DNA of 64,000 bases from contig OZ336888.1 in assembly GCA_965287045.1 (NCBI GenBank), positions 26,722,001 to 26,786,000 of the forward strand. Reading direction: 5' to 3'. The DNA comes from Carcharhinus amblyrhynchos. Taxonomy: Eukaryota. A program made the translations under genes and the position numbers. The number at the start of each line of letters is the position of its first letter. Position 1 is the first letter of the stretch. Positions 1-12,429 of this stretch are shown in pieces. The notes under the pieces were generated by a model, which saw nothing but the letters and a program-made list of their open reading frames with translations, had not been told where the DNA came from and searched no databases.

Positions 1-487
1 GCAGAATTTCCTCTTTTTACAGCTGGCCGTCACAGTGAATCATCTGCTGGTTGATTTCCAAAAATCCAGCTTATTGGAATAATGTTAATGGACTTCTACT
101 GGGTTCCTGCCCTGTCAGAAAACTCACTTCAGTGGCGATATTGGTTGGGAGAAAGTGGAGTCTGGGAAAGAAAGGAAATTGTAAAGGCAGGATTCTGGGG
201 TAGCTGAAACCACCAATAATGTTAACTGAAGTCACAGGTTATGATCGATTGCACTTCCTGGAGATGTTAAAATTGAAATAGCCATTCCCTCATCATAGCA
301 GCTGCGTGTGCCAGGAAAACATGACTACTGTCTTGGACAGTGTTGTGAAGGCATTCATATTGACAACTAAATCAGATGGTTTTTTCTTATCGTCTGCTTT
401 TAATTTGATTACAGCATCTAAATTTGGGTATTACCAAATACCCAATCGCACATCTGGTAGGAAATCACAGAAGTGGCACTGGATATT

Positions 488-814
488 GGGGAGACAGTGG
501 CGCAGTGATATTCTCACTGGACCAGTAATCCAGCTACCCATGCCCTGGGGACCTGGTTTCAAATCCTGCCATGGCAGATGGTAAAATTTGAATTCAATAA
601 AAACCTGAAATTAAAAGTCTGATGACCATGAAAGTATTGTTGATCTGTCGTTAAAAACCCATCTAGTTTACTAATGTCCTTTGGGGAAGGAAATTTGCAC
701 TCCTTAACTCGTCTGGCCTACATGTGACTCCAGTGTGGTTGACTCACAAATGCTCTCTGAAAGAAGACTTAGACAATAAATGCTAGGCCAGCCAGCATAA
801 AGGGAATAAAAAAA
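488..814 (+). mobile_element. tRNA-headed SINE (called family B here), near full length
   Basis: A-box-like gtggcgcagtg and B-box-like ggtttcaaatcc. Tail caataaatgctaggccagccagc...aataaaaaaa. Related copies at 8097, 36150 and 54058. Confidence 0.75.
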
Positions 815-2149
815 GAGACTGGAGAGTCAGTCAATTATCTCCCCATCTAATTTTCCTTTCCCACCTGCCCTGTCCTGACTCACATGGGGGCAGGATGTGG
901 ATCAAAATCTTTTTATTTCTTATGAACCACCCAGTGGACAATTTGCATTATGACTTTTCCTTGTTAACATGGGGTTGATAGACTGTGGAGAGACCTCCCC
1001 ATTTCAGATTGCCCTAGCCCCAACACCTGCTTCTCCTGGCCCTCAGAGATAACTTACTTTGGGTGGGCTTTTCAAACTCCATGGCTGATATGTTCAGTTA
1101 GAGTGAAGGCAGAACATGTCCTGACCCGAGCTGTGGATAAAAAAAATAGGAAGTTCTAGGCCCAGTTTTTCACATTAAAAGAGCATACCACTTAAGGCTG
1201 ACAGGGACATTAGGCCCTCAACAGTAGGCCCATTGCAAAATGCAACCTGTCTCACTCTGTCACTGGCTGTGAGGTATTAAGGATACTCATCTCATTTTGA
1301 GGCCATAACCACCCCAGTCTAGGCGACAGAAGTGAACACTGATCCCAAAATTATTCCGGGGGAATATGAATACCTTGGTATGGGATTAAGAAGGGTGAGA
1401 GCTAGAAGTTTCCAGTGGGAGTGGAATAGATAAAATGAGTTGCGAATATAGACATGATAACTTAGTACTGTGTAACATTTTGAAGTAGCCTGTGCATTTA
1501 ATGAAAGCTCAAATGGCCAGGAACAATGGATTTAAAGGAAAGATCCTTCGACCTGATTTATACATGAAGCTCTGTTTAACTTACTCACAAAGCATCATGA
1601 TATAACAACGAGTGCAGTTTTGGAGAATAATATCATCTTGTGCTTTATTTTCTTTCCCTGGCTCTGTAACCTACTTTGATTCGCTAAAGCTTAACGATGC
1701 TTCCTGACAATTCCTGCAGGATTTGCCAATATTTTTGTGATTAACCGCAGTTCTGACAAACAGCGCGGCATACAGCATTTTATGGAGCTGCTTCTTTTCT
1801 GATCAGTGCTTGTTCCTAAGCCAGGTTTCTAAATTAGATATAGATATCCAGTACCAATTGCCTGACTGTGTTCGCAGACGTTAACAGACCAGAGAGGTAG
1901 GGTGGTGTGAGAACGGGTGCAAGAGCTGTCAAGACAGACTAAGTAGCTAGGGTTGCACAAAAAATGGTTCATAAATTTTGCAGTTTGCTAATTCAATACC
2001 GATTGAACTATAATGCTGATAAATGCAAGGTACAATATGCTAACAGGAAACATTAATCTGACCCGGATACTGTGGATGGTGCCCAAACAAGTAGAATCTG
2101 AAGCGATCCGAGTGTTTTACAAGATTCAGCAATTAGGAAATATAAAGCA

Positions 2150-2450
2150 TTTACATTTATATAGCGCCTTTCATGACCTTAGTATGTCACAAATCACTTC
2201 ACAGCCAATAAAATAATGTTTGTTTTAAGGTAGGGAATTGTGGGGTGCATAAAGGACCATTTGTTAATTTTCTAGTGGCGGCTGTTGAATAAATGTGGAC
2301 CAGGATACCGAGAGAACTCCTCCTGTCTTTGAACACTGCCATGTAACCTTTGACATCTACCTAAATGTGCCAATACAGTGTCTCTTTAGCATTTCAACTG
2401 AAATTTTATCTTTGCTACATCGTTGAGTTAGCCTTTAGGATATGGCTTGA
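2150..2450 (-). mobile_element. Deu-domain SINE remnant (SacSINE1/AmnSINE-like)
   Basis: atttatatagcgcctttca is the reverse complement of the TGAAAGGCGCTATATAAAT tail. Deu-core-like ccaggataccgagagaactcctcctgtctttgaa...gccatg is present. Confidence 0.65.
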
Positions 2451-3119
2451 GTTTTTTCACTGACGGGAATCAGTCTGTGCAGAAATGCCAATCCCTGAAG
2501 TGTTGCCCCCCTCCCCACCCCCACTTTGGATATGCAGTCCTGGGGCACTTTTGGGAAAGGTACATGCCTCTTTTTGGGAAGCACGGCATCTTTTGTGAGA
2601 GATAAGACACCCTTTGTGAGAGGTCAGGTGCCCTTTGGGATTGTTAAACGTTTCTAAAAGTAGACATGATTGTGCTTAAGAAGTACGTAAATTTATTGAA
2701 ACTGTCAAACTAACAAAGATCTATCAGGACTCCTTAGACGTGTCAAAGCTCTCAAGGCTTTGATGCGTTTGAAAAAAAACAGTGCCTGCTATTTTATCCT
2801 GTCTAATGACATAAGTCTGAGAGTTGTCATAATAGAATTTGTGCTGAATGAATGATTTTACAACCTGACATTATCACAGTGGGGTGCTCGTTAATGAGCA
2901 ATTTGATTGACAGCTCCACCTCATCATAGAATAGTGATGTTTGTTTTCAAAATAAATTAAGTACATAAGTGAATTGTTTATTTTTATAGCAGATTGGTTG
3001 AATGAGTTTCAACGAATTAAACGTTTATTTTTATCACTGAAATTGTTTCTAACATTCTGATGTCACCTATAGGCATGTTATTTTACGTCAGCATGGCTCC
3101 TGCTGTTTGCTCACGGTGC

Positions 3120-3450
3120 TTACTTGGTGAAGTGACAGGGAAGGGGGTAAGGGACAAAGGTGGTGGGTTGAGGATGCGGATTGGAATAAGTTGGCATTGG
3201 GGTTAGAGAGGATTATGGGGATGGCTAAGGGCATGGGTTGGCATTGAGGGCTTGAGGGGCCATGGGGTGTAGGTAGAAGGGCATAGATTGGCATTGGGGA
3301 AATGAAAGGCCATGGCATAGGTGGATGGATGGGGCATAGGCTGACATGGTTGGCATGGGGGGCATGGAAGCAGGAAGAGCAGCGTGACTTTGCATAGATT
3401 GGCATGGATGAAGAATGCATGGGAAGTGAGGGGGTTGAAGGCTGAGGGCT
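3120..3450. repeat. G-rich low-complexity tract of degenerate ggcatgg/ggcatag units
   Basis: Repeated GGCAT(G/A)G and ttggcat motifs; a similar tract lies at 41840-42060. Confidence 0.6.
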
Positions 3451-3977
3451 GGTTTTTGTTTCAATTTTTTTTTAATCACTTCAACAAAGTGCCTTCTGCC
3501 CAGCCTGCCTCTGTATCTGGCAGCCTCTGAACTTTTTATGGGTGGGCAGGCCCAACTTCTCATCCAATCTGTCCTCCTGGAATGAAAATCCAACCTCCTT
3601 TGTCTCTTGATCCTGGCTGCAGTTGGCAGAGCTGGCAAATATCCCACCTCTGCCCTGGTGACCTGGGAGTGAAAATCCTGGCCCGTGTTCATGTCTCTGG
3701 GGTATGAATGGAGAGGTCAAAGTTATATGGAGCAACAATAAACAAAGCTTAATATTACCGTCTGACCTGCCAGGTATCTGTTTTTACTTCATATTTCCAA
3801 CATCTGCAGTATTTTGCTCCTGGATTAGAAACGGTCGTTGGGGCAATAGGGGCCCTTCATTCCAGGTGGATGAGCAGGTGTTGGTTGAATGATCCTTTGC
3901 ATTTGCATCAATCTTGTGACTATAATTTACAGGAGAAAAAAATGTTGTTTTTATCAGTAGGATTCTTTTATTGATAA

Positions 3978-4108
3978 AAGCTCTGAAGAAGAATCATGCT
4001 GGATTTAAAACGTCAACTCTCTCCACAATTGCTGCCAGACCTGTTGAGGCTTTCCGGCATTTTCTGTCTTGATTTCAGATTTCCAACATCCGCAGTATTT
4101 TCCCTTGA
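3978..4108 (+). mobile_element. Penelope-like element terminal fragment with a degenerate hammerhead core
   Basis: CTGAAGA-agaatcatgctggattt-aaaa-cgtcaactct, followed by ctccaca..gctgccagacctg..ttttctg..tttcagatttccaacatccgcagtattt. Same family as 23310-23447; GAAA is mutated. Confidence 0.6.
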
Positions 4109-4511
4109 TTTCTATTTATATCTCTTCTAATAATTTCTACTTTTTCAGGCACATTTTCGATCATTATCTGCATTTTGAGTCATTAGCTATTTTTGGGATT
4201 TTTGATTCATATATGGAGATGAGTGAACCATCTGGTCTCACCCAGCAGGATTGCAGACCCTGGGATGAGGAGAAAAGAATTGAGATTGGAATGCAAATCA
4301 ATGCAATTCCAAGTGTGTTGATGGCTGTCAGTGTGCAGGCTGCCAGATGCTTAATTGGTGGGAGGGGAGAGGGACCTTGACTCTGCATACATTTATTTTA
4401 GCAAATGTTCTAATTGTAATTAAGAGTTCCCCTTGCTATAGACGGGACTTCATTAGGATGCACAGGGACAGACGTGCCAGATGTAAGGGGTCAAATCAGT
4501 GACAGCCACAA

Positions 4512-4598
4512 CTTTTTAAAATTATTCATTCATGAGGAATGGGTGTCGTTGGCTATTGTCCATTCTAACTGCCCTTGAGGAGGTGGTGGTGAGTTGCC
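4512..4598 (-). mobile_element. 3' tail fragment of a CR1/L2-group LINE (same family as 24060-24378)
   Basis: Reverse complement matches caccaccaccttctcaagggcaactagg...gaatgaataatttaaaaaa. Confidence 0.6.
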
Positions 4599-4674
4599 CT
4601 GTTGTCTTGGCTCTTTTGGTGATAGTATTGGTGAGTGGAAAAATAGTAGCAATTGAATGCAGACTTAGAATAAG

Positions 4675-4988
4675 ATCATAGAATTCCTGCAGTGCAAAAG
4701 ACGGCCATTCAGTCCATCGAGAATGCACCATCAACAATCCCAACCAGGCCCTGTCCCTGTAATCCCGTGTATTTACCCTGGCTAGTCCCCCTGACACTAA
4801 GGTGCTATTTAACATGGCCCGTCAACCCAACCTTATCTTTGGAGTGTGGGAAGAAAATGGAGCACCTGGAGAAAACCCATGCAGACATGGGGAGAACATG
4901 CAAACTCCACACAGTCACCCGAGGCCGGAACTGAATCCAGGTCCCTGGCGCTGTGAGGCAGCATTGCTAACCACTGTGCCACCGTGCC
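4675..4988 (-). mobile_element. HE1-type V-SINE, full length
   Basis: The reverse strand begins ggcacggtggcacagtggttagcaatgctgcctcacagcgccagggacc (tRNA head), has the V-domain core and ends gcactgcaggaattctatgat. Confidence 0.9.
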
Positions 4989-6059
4989 AACTGGTACAAA
5001 TAAAAACCCAACCTGTTGTGAACACCATTTCTATCTGAGTCTGAATGGCTGCTCCCCACTGTTGACAATGAGTTTGACTCAGTGGTGGCGTCTTGGGGAC
5101 ATGAGTTGGTGGCACTAATGGATTTACTGCGGTTTCCAGGTACTTTACCACTGGCTTCCAAAAACCACCAGGAAGGATGTCATGCCATTGATACTTCTTT
5201 CAAAGAAATCTAGTTTTAATTGCAAGATAAAATAATTTGGGAGGAAGCTTTGAATATAGCATTGAGCAGATGGAAAATCCTATCACTTTAAAATGCAGCA
5301 CAAACAGGAGGCAGTAGTCATAATTCCGTGGCTGTGATGCGTGCACAATAGGATTGACAAGGCTGTGCTATATCAGTTGGGGCCACTTGTGTGAATGTGG
5401 CATAATATCAGTCAATGTTTCTTTCATGGAATGAAAATACGCAAAGATATCAAGATATTAGCCTTTTTACAGAAGGCAGTTGCTTTTTCAGAAGTTCCAT
5501 TGTGTCGTTTGTCAGAGATAAGGCAGCACCCAAGAGGGTCCAGCATGGGGATTGACATGTGGGGTGTTGAAGAGTAACTGGTTTTGTGAGATAGAGTTTT
5601 GCTTCGGGCCACTTTCATTGTGTTGGTTCATTCGTGGCAGGAGTAGATAACTGACTGTATTCTGTATTGATAAACAGCTGCTGGTAGAAAGGCCAGTAAG
5701 ATTAAAACCTATGAGGCAATGTCTGATTTAGGTGCCTTACCTTTGATCGCCACATGTTTTTTATTGCAACAGGATAACGTTTGCATCACTGAAATTGTGG
5801 GGAATAAATGCCATGATGCTTTTGATGTCCACCATTGATCATGCTAATGTTGAAAAGGTTGTAGGTAGATCCCACAATTTGAAAGATATTAATGCACTGG
5901 CAGGGCACCAACATTGACCCATGACCCGGACACGCCAGTAGGTCTGACATTGACGAAGGGAGCATCAAGCCTTTACTCCAAAGGAGGGTGGTGGATTTCC
6001 TCAAGGCCTCCAAAGTACTGAAATTATTTTGGAAATTGACTTCTTTTGTCTGTCATGAT

Positions 6060-6359
6060 TTGGGGGCATAGCCTCAAAATAAGGGGGAGCAGATTTAGGA
6101 CTCAGTGGAGGAGGAACTTCTTCACATAAAGGGTTGTGAACCAGTGGAATTCCCAGCCCAGTTGAGGCCAATTCATTGAATGTTTTTAAGGCAAGGATAG
6201 ATACATTTTTGAACAGTAAAGGAATTAAGTATTATGGTAAGTGGACAGGTAGTGGAGCTGAGTCCAGAAAAGATCAGCCAAGATCATATTGAATGGCGGA
6301 GCAGGCTCGAGGGGCCAGATGGCCTACTCCTGCTCCTAGTTCTTACGTTCTTATGTTCT
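6060..6359 (+). mobile_element. CR1 LINE 3' end
   Basis: GHSLKIRG...RRNFF...RVV..WNS motif; 3' UTR gatcagcca...ggcctactcctgctcct with (ttctta) tail. Confidence 0.85.
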
Positions 6360-6381
6360 ACTTTGGACATGATCCCTACCC

Positions 6382-6554
6382 AGAAGGTGCACGGTTAGGT
6401 TGATTGGCTATGCTATGTTGCCTCATAGTGTCGGGGGATTAGCAGGATAAATACATGGGTTTACGGGGATCGGGCTTGGGTAGGATTGTTGTCAGTACAG
6501 GCATGATGGGCTGAATGGCCTCCTCCTGCACTGCAAGGATTCTATGATTCTATA
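6382..6554 (+). mobile_element. HE1-type SINE 3' half
   Basis: ggttaggttgattggctatgcta...ctgcactgcaaggattctatgattctat. Confidence 0.85.
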
Positions 6555-7362
6555 GTTTAGGTGGAGCACAGTTTCATCACTTGTCCACGCAGTATTTCTG
6601 GCTTAGGTTAACATTGATGACTGTAATATAACCCCTTAGCAGGCCAGGCTCTAGTGTTTGGAATCTGCATTAGTGTCAGTATTCAGTTATCCTGACTCTC
6701 TGCCAAGATACCCAGTATCTGGGGAGTGAAGCCTTTGTTTCTCCCTGACAAGATATTATTATAAGTTGGCAACAGCAGAAAGGAGAACTTACAACAGTGG
6801 ATAGATCTGGCTTACTTAAGGAAGTGCCACATTACAGCTACCGTTGGTGAAAGAGGCCAAGAATAATATGTGACTAATTAGTGAATGGACAGCCATTTCC
6901 CGTTCCTGACAGAAGGTGTCAAATGAACCCTGTTCTGTAGAATTGAAAAGAAATAATGCGCTTTGTAGAAATCTAGATATATGTTTACCAAAAGGCACTT
7001 TGTTTACACAAAGGTTTGATGATTCGAATGCTGCAGTTAGATAATTCAATGCTCTGCATTATTTAGGACAACTGTTTTTTCCCCAAGGAAAGATTCTTTA
7101 TTTTTAGCACTGACTTTTTTTCTCTTGGATTAGCAAATTAAAGCTATCCATGTCTGCATTTTCTGGTGTTAGAGAACTGTGGGTTGTCATGTACATTCAT
7201 TTTGCTCAGCAATATTTTTAACACGCCTGTATTATTTAGCTATTTATTTAGATGGAGAAGGCAGGATTTCTTGACCTACTTAATCTAATAATGAGTTTCC
7301 GTGTTCATCTTCCAGATGAAATAAGTAGAATGCTTGGTGTCTTAAAGAGGCAATGTCACAGC

Positions 7363-7676
7363 ATCATAGAATCCCTGCAGTACAGAAGGAGACCATTTGG
7401 CCCATCGAATCTGTACTGACCACAATCCTAACCAGGTCCTATTCCTGTAATCCCATACATTTATCCTGCTAATCTCCCTGACACTGAGACCAATTTAGCA
7501 TGGCCAATCAACCTAACCCGCACATCTCTGGAGTGTGGGAAGAATTCGGAGCACCCGGAGGAAAACCACACAGACACGGAGAAAATGCAAACTCCACACA
7601 GACAGTGACCCAAGCCTGGAATTGAACCCAGGTCCTTGGCACTGTGAGGCAGCAATGCTAACCAGTGTGCCACTGT
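7363..7676 (-). mobile_element. HE1-type V-SINE, full length
   Basis: Colinear with 4675-4988. Confidence 0.9.
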
Positions 7677-8029
7677 ATTATTAGGCTAACAAAAATTGTA
7701 CATTGGACCTTCTTTTGATTAGTAAAGTGAGGACAGTGACATGACATGATTAGTGCCACAACATTATTTCATCGTAATTGCAAATTGCATTACCTCTTTT
7801 TAAAAAAATTTGGACAGTAAAGCAAAAGCATTTTTAATTCTGGAAGCTCTTTGCTGTAGCCTTGGCAAACTTTTCCCAGGAGCTGATGTGATAATGTTAC
7901 TCTAGTCATTTCAGAGCAAGCTGATTAGGGTGATACCCACCCCATGTGACCATTTGAATCTTGAGTGTGTGTTTGTTCCCATCATTAATTACACGCACAA
8001 AAAATCACAGGAGTGTGCTGTGTGTGTGG

Positions 8030-8090
8030 TAACATAAGAACTAGTAGCAGGAGTAGGCCATCTGGCCCCTTGAGCCTGCTATGCCATTCG
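8030..8090 (-). mobile_element. CR1 3' tail fragment
   Basis: aacataagaactagtagcaggagtaggccatctggcccc is the reverse complement of the tail at 6300-6359. Confidence 0.75.
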
Positions 8091-8096
8091 TAAATA

Positions 8097-8275
8097 TGGG
8101 TTTTTCTGACAATGGACAAGATTTTCATGGTAATCAGTAGATTTTAAATCAAGATTTTTTTTGATTGAATTCAAATTCCACCATCTGTCATGGTGGGATT
8201 TGAACCTGGGTCCCCAGCGCATTAGCCGAGTTTCTGGATTAATAATCTAACGATAATATCAATAGGCTATTGGCT
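8097..8275 (-). mobile_element. tRNA-headed SINE family B, 5' half
   Basis: ttgaattcaaattccaccatctgtcatggtgggatttgaacctgggtcccc is antiparallel to 545-600. Confidence 0.75.
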
Positions 8276-8482
8276 TTGCAATGATTTAATACTCTGATAC
8301 AAGTCTTCTCATGTTCTTCCAGTGCAATTGCTTTATGAGGAGGTTCTATAGTCTATTCCTCCAACTGTTATGCTCTGTCATGGTCATATTTCATGTCTCG
8401 TAAATTATATTTTTAAGCCACTTACTAGGAAAGGATTAGTTAGGTGATTTTTTTTGCCTTCCTCATGATTTTAACTTTCACG

Positions 8483-8700
8483 GAGTCCTTACAATGCAGA
8501 AGGAAGCCATTTGGCCCATCGAGCCTGCACTGACAAGAATCTCACCCAAGCCTTATTAACGTAACCACACATATTTACCCTGCTAGTCCCCCTAACACCA
8601 AGGGATAATTTAGCATGGCCAGTCAGCCTAACCAACACATCTTTGGATGTGGGAGGAAACTGGAGCACCCAGAGGAAACCCCCACAGACACGGGGAGAAT
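8483..8700 (-). mobile_element. HE1-type SINE, 5'-truncated
   Basis: Tail and V-core are present; the tRNA head is missing. Confidence 0.85.
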
Positions 8701-9425
8701 ACTGTGGTACTTTGGAGTACCCTTTTCTTAGCTGAGTTGCAATCAAGGCTGAAGAGCTCCACCTTGCATTTACAATATGTACCTTGTTTGATGCAAGTAC
8801 CCACACTGGATTCACTGTCCTAGTACAGAGATGCATTTTAGCTTCCACTAGACAAAGCTCCTTGGGATGGAACCCAAATCCAATGCATTTGCACAAAATT
8901 ATTTTTGATTCTCTAGTCTTATCAGTGAAGACTCCTTAGTGGAGCAGGTCCAACCTCTGTCAATATCTTGAATAATAGGCTTTAAGTCCTTCATTAATAA
9001 CTATTATGTTTGATGTAATGTCCCTTTAAGGGGTTGTTCTTTTGATTTGTCCCTTAGTTTGTTTAATTTTGTTTAACTGTGTCAACCTAAAATACTATTA
9101 ACAGTTATTATCCCCTGTCACTATTCTCGTCACCGTTTGCTGGGGCTGTCAGGAGCAAGGTTCAAACTCTTCACTTTCAAAGGCAAGAATTCTCTCAAAA
9201 ACATTCTCTCAAAACTTACATAATACTGAGGGGCCTAGATAGAGTGGACATGGAGAAGATATTTCCAATAGTGGGAGAAGCTAGAAAAAGTTGGGTTCTC
9301 ACTAACCGTCATTGACATGATTAAGTCAAGCAGAGGTTTCTGTGAGGATATGTCAGTTATTATGTATATTTATGACAATTAGTGACAAAAGCCATTGATC
9401 TAATCGGGTGTCTTTCATCTTGCAG

Positions 9426-9507
9426 TATACGGTCATGGGCAGAGAAAATGAAGGAAGACCTTGTAACGTTGGTACGTACCTCTAGTGGAGTGGATCAGAT
9501 GCAACAG
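9426..9507 (+). CDS. CACNA2D1: Internal coding exon (equivalent to exon 2) of a voltage-gated calcium channel alpha2-delta subunit, CACNA2D1-like
   Basis: Acceptor tctttcatcttgcag| and donor CAG|gtaaga; 82 nt. After 1 leading nt it reads IRSWAEKMKEDLVTLVRTSSGVDQMQQ, matching recalled human CACNA2D1 [27 protein letters not shown]. Length agrees with the recalled human exon 2. Paralogue identity is not fully certain. Confidence 0.9.
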
Positions 9508-9699
9508 GTAAGAACAACTGACTTTCGCAGCTACCAGGTCCTTCAAAATTCTGTTCTTCCTCGCTAGAGTTTTAGATTATCTGTCCATGCAGCAAGTTAG
9601 GGCTGAAGTCCCTTCTGATGACAGCTTTACCATTCATGACCACCCCCTCTTGCCCCCATCCCCCCCACCTCAGGTTTCATGGGCACAATGTCCATCAAA

Positions 9700-9880
9700 A
9701 GACATTCTTTCTGGATCCTTCACAACACTTGCTTCCTTAATCAGCCTATTTGGTCTCCTTTGCCAGCTGTGCTGCAGGTTTCCACTTTAGTGGTCCACCA
9801 CTCACTGCTTTAACACCACTATCCTGTTACCACAACAAGCAGAAAGCCAACCTCCCAATTAGTTTCCATTTCCCTAACAA
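9700..9880 (+). pseudogene. Highly decayed Penelope-like GIY-YIG endonuclease remnant
   Basis: Fragments GSFTT...LLCQLC and KANLPISFHF resemble the FTC..NLVYCI.C..C...LPVA.HF signature of PLE endonucleases; the sequence is frameshifted. Confidence 0.4.
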
Positions 9881-11249
9881 CCAAAAGCACATGTTGGTTA
9901 TTTTCATTTACCCCTTTCCAGAAACTTAAGGATTAATTTTACTTTCATGAGGGAATGTTACAGAACTGCAAGCATCAAAACCATTTCATCATGCTTATGC
10001 CATTAGTACCATCTATGGAATACAGAAAAGTAAGGTGAAATAAATAGGGTTGGGTATGAGGATACCGATTTCTTCTTAGCTAGCTTCGACCCATCCAGTA
10101 ACCATGGCCCTTCTCCTAATGCAACGATGCTAATAGTGAGAGTGAGTTGAAGAATGTGAATGCTAAATATGAGTCCTGACAGTTACAGATTGTTGATAGA
10201 TGAGTGATAGAATGTGATGGATTGAGAAGTTGCTGATGCAAGTGGTACAGATGGTGGAATATGGCATTTGTATTTCAGGTGTGGTCAATAAACTTCTTTC
10301 TTGCAACCAAACTCATAACATCGACTATCTTATGCCATTACTTGCTGAACACACATCACTGGCCCCCACAAAGTATATAGGACTACCTCTTCTGTACTCC
10401 ACCTTTCTCACTAAGATTTCCAAGGTAACATCTGAAAGTCTTGGTACATTGTATCTACCATGGTCAGATATTTTTGATTGTTGCACAGCACTATTCCCAA
10501 TGATCTCAGCATCTCCATTAGCCTTACTTTTAAGAGATACAAGCTAGCTTTAAGTAATACTTGCAAGTAACCATGTTGCTATGTATGCAGCCAATGAACA
10601 GTGCAGATGGCTACATGCAGAAATGATTACAATGCTGCCTGTATTAGACTGAATGGGTCGATTGAATTACAATCTCCTTGCTTATTTTTGGGGACTAGCT
10701 GATTTAACCTCCACATGTTTTCAATTTGTTCTATTGTCTGTTAATGTTCTCTATGAATCTTTCAATGTTCAACTCCAATTATAAGTAAGGTGTTGTCATT
10801 ATTTGATGGGGGGTTGAGATGGAGAGGAGAAATTTATCTGGGCTCTGCCCCTTTAAGAAATTCATATCGTAAATGGTCAGGTGACCTGTCCTCCAATCAA
10901 ATGGGAGTGCCTCCTTTTTAACTCAGTTGAAGCCAGGCAATCTGTTTCATCTCCACATCAGTTACAACCACTCTTATTGAGTTCTGGGTGGATTTGGCAT
11001 AAAGAAATTGGGGACACCAACCTTTTCTGTGCTTTAAGAATAGTATTCACTATCTGTGTTGGTTTAAAGTTATCTAATTTATTGTGCCAAAGAACCAGGA
11101 TGTGGTTTTGTGTCCACGCTTTATCAACTACTTCCTGCATCAGTTGTGTACTGTGACTGTGGTGTGGACTAACTACAGGATGCATTGCAGCTTCTCATGA
11201 AGGTTTTTACACCATCTCGTCTCAAACCAAGGACCCTCAACGTTTGGTT

Positions 11250-11363
11250 ATGGTAAATGCACGGGGTTATGGGAATAGGGTGGGGAGGGTTGGGTTGGGG
11301 TGGGCCTGGGTAAGATGCTGTTTTGGAGAAGCGATGCAGATGCAATGGCCTGAATTCTATGAT
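11250..11363 (+). mobile_element. HE1-related SINE 3' fragment containing a G-tract expansion
   Basis: ggtaaatgcacggggttatgggaataggg...gggcctgggt...aatggcctgaattctatgat. Confidence 0.65.
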
Positions 11364-11585
11364 ATTAAGACAGAGATGACCAAAACCTTGGTCAGAGGAG
11401 CAGGCTTAAAGGGAGAAAAAGAGGAAGAGAGCTGATGTGGTTTAAGGAGCGAAATCCAGAGAGTAGGACCCTAGCAGTTGAAGGCATGAACATCAATGTT
11501 TAACAATTAAAATTGGAGATGGTCAGGAGGCCAGAATGTGATTGGCACAGATATTCCAGAGGTTTGCTGGGCTGGAGGAGAGAGA
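11361..11585 (-). mobile_element. L2 LINE 3' region fragment
   Basis: gaccaaaaccttggtcagaggagcaggcttaaag...tttaaggagcgaaatccagagagtagg; antiparallel relative of 20845-21050. Confidence 0.55.
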
Positions 11586-11956
11586 GTGAAATGCAAAATT
11601 CAGCCCCTCCCTTCTATTTTTTCTCTTGGCCTAGTGACCAACTGGACCAGGAATATTTGGAGCTTCATGACACTCCACCCCTCCCCTGCCCACTCCACCC
11701 CTCCCTTGAAATATCAAATTCAAACATGTTGGCCAAAATTCTCCCATCTTGCCCACCGTGGGAATCATAGCTGGCAAGACAGAAAATTCGGCAGACCATT
11801 CAAAAGTCAGTTGAGCTCAGGTAACAATTTATGGTTTTGGGGCGTGTGTGGCCAGGGAATATTGCCTGTTGTAAGTTGTATGAAGATGTAAGCTCAGGGA
11901 CATGTTTACACATTGTATAAATAATAAAATAAATCTCTTCACCATATATCATACCT

Positions 11957-12235
11957 AATCATAGAATCACTACAGTGCAGAAAGAAGCCATTCGGACCAC
12001 TGAGACTGCAGTGATTCTCTGAAAAAGCATCTAATCCAGGGCCTTCACTCTACTCCTCCACACTATCTCCATAGCCCCCCTGCATTTACCAGTGGCTAAT
12101 CCAACCTATGCATCTTTGGACTGTGGGAGAAAACCACGCAGACACGGAGTGAACGTGCAAACTTCACATGGTCACCCAAGACTAGAATTGATTCTGGATC
12201 CTTGGTGCTGTGAGGCAGCGGCGCTAACCATTGTT
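11957..12235 (-). mobile_element. HE1-related SINE
   Basis: atcatagaatcactacagtgcag tail through gctgtgaggcagcggcgctaacca head. Confidence 0.8.
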
Positions 12236-12429
12236 AGCACTGCTGGTGGAGACCCCATCTTTGGGTGGGCTCCTCGTGTTTAACCTTAAGCTCCAAAGGT
12301 TTAAAAGGTGTTAACTCATTCCTCTAAGTCCTCCTGACTTAGGGTGTGTTTCTATGTCTCTGTATGAATGCAGTTTCTTGCACCCTAAAGATAGTTGCAT
12401 CAAATGGTTTTCACCATTTTGTTTTGCAG

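Noticed and set aside
619-636. CTGATGA-ccat-GAAA hammerhead-like word
   Set aside because: No stem II is possible, and it corresponds to the SINE family B body (tgatgaccatgaaa in other copies).
3225-3692. 155-aa and overlapping Pro-rich ORFs
   Set aside because: They arise from the C-rich strand of a low-complexity tract.
1-9425. First exon or promoter of the gene
   Set aside because: No CpG island or signal-peptide exon with a suitable phase-2 donor was seen.
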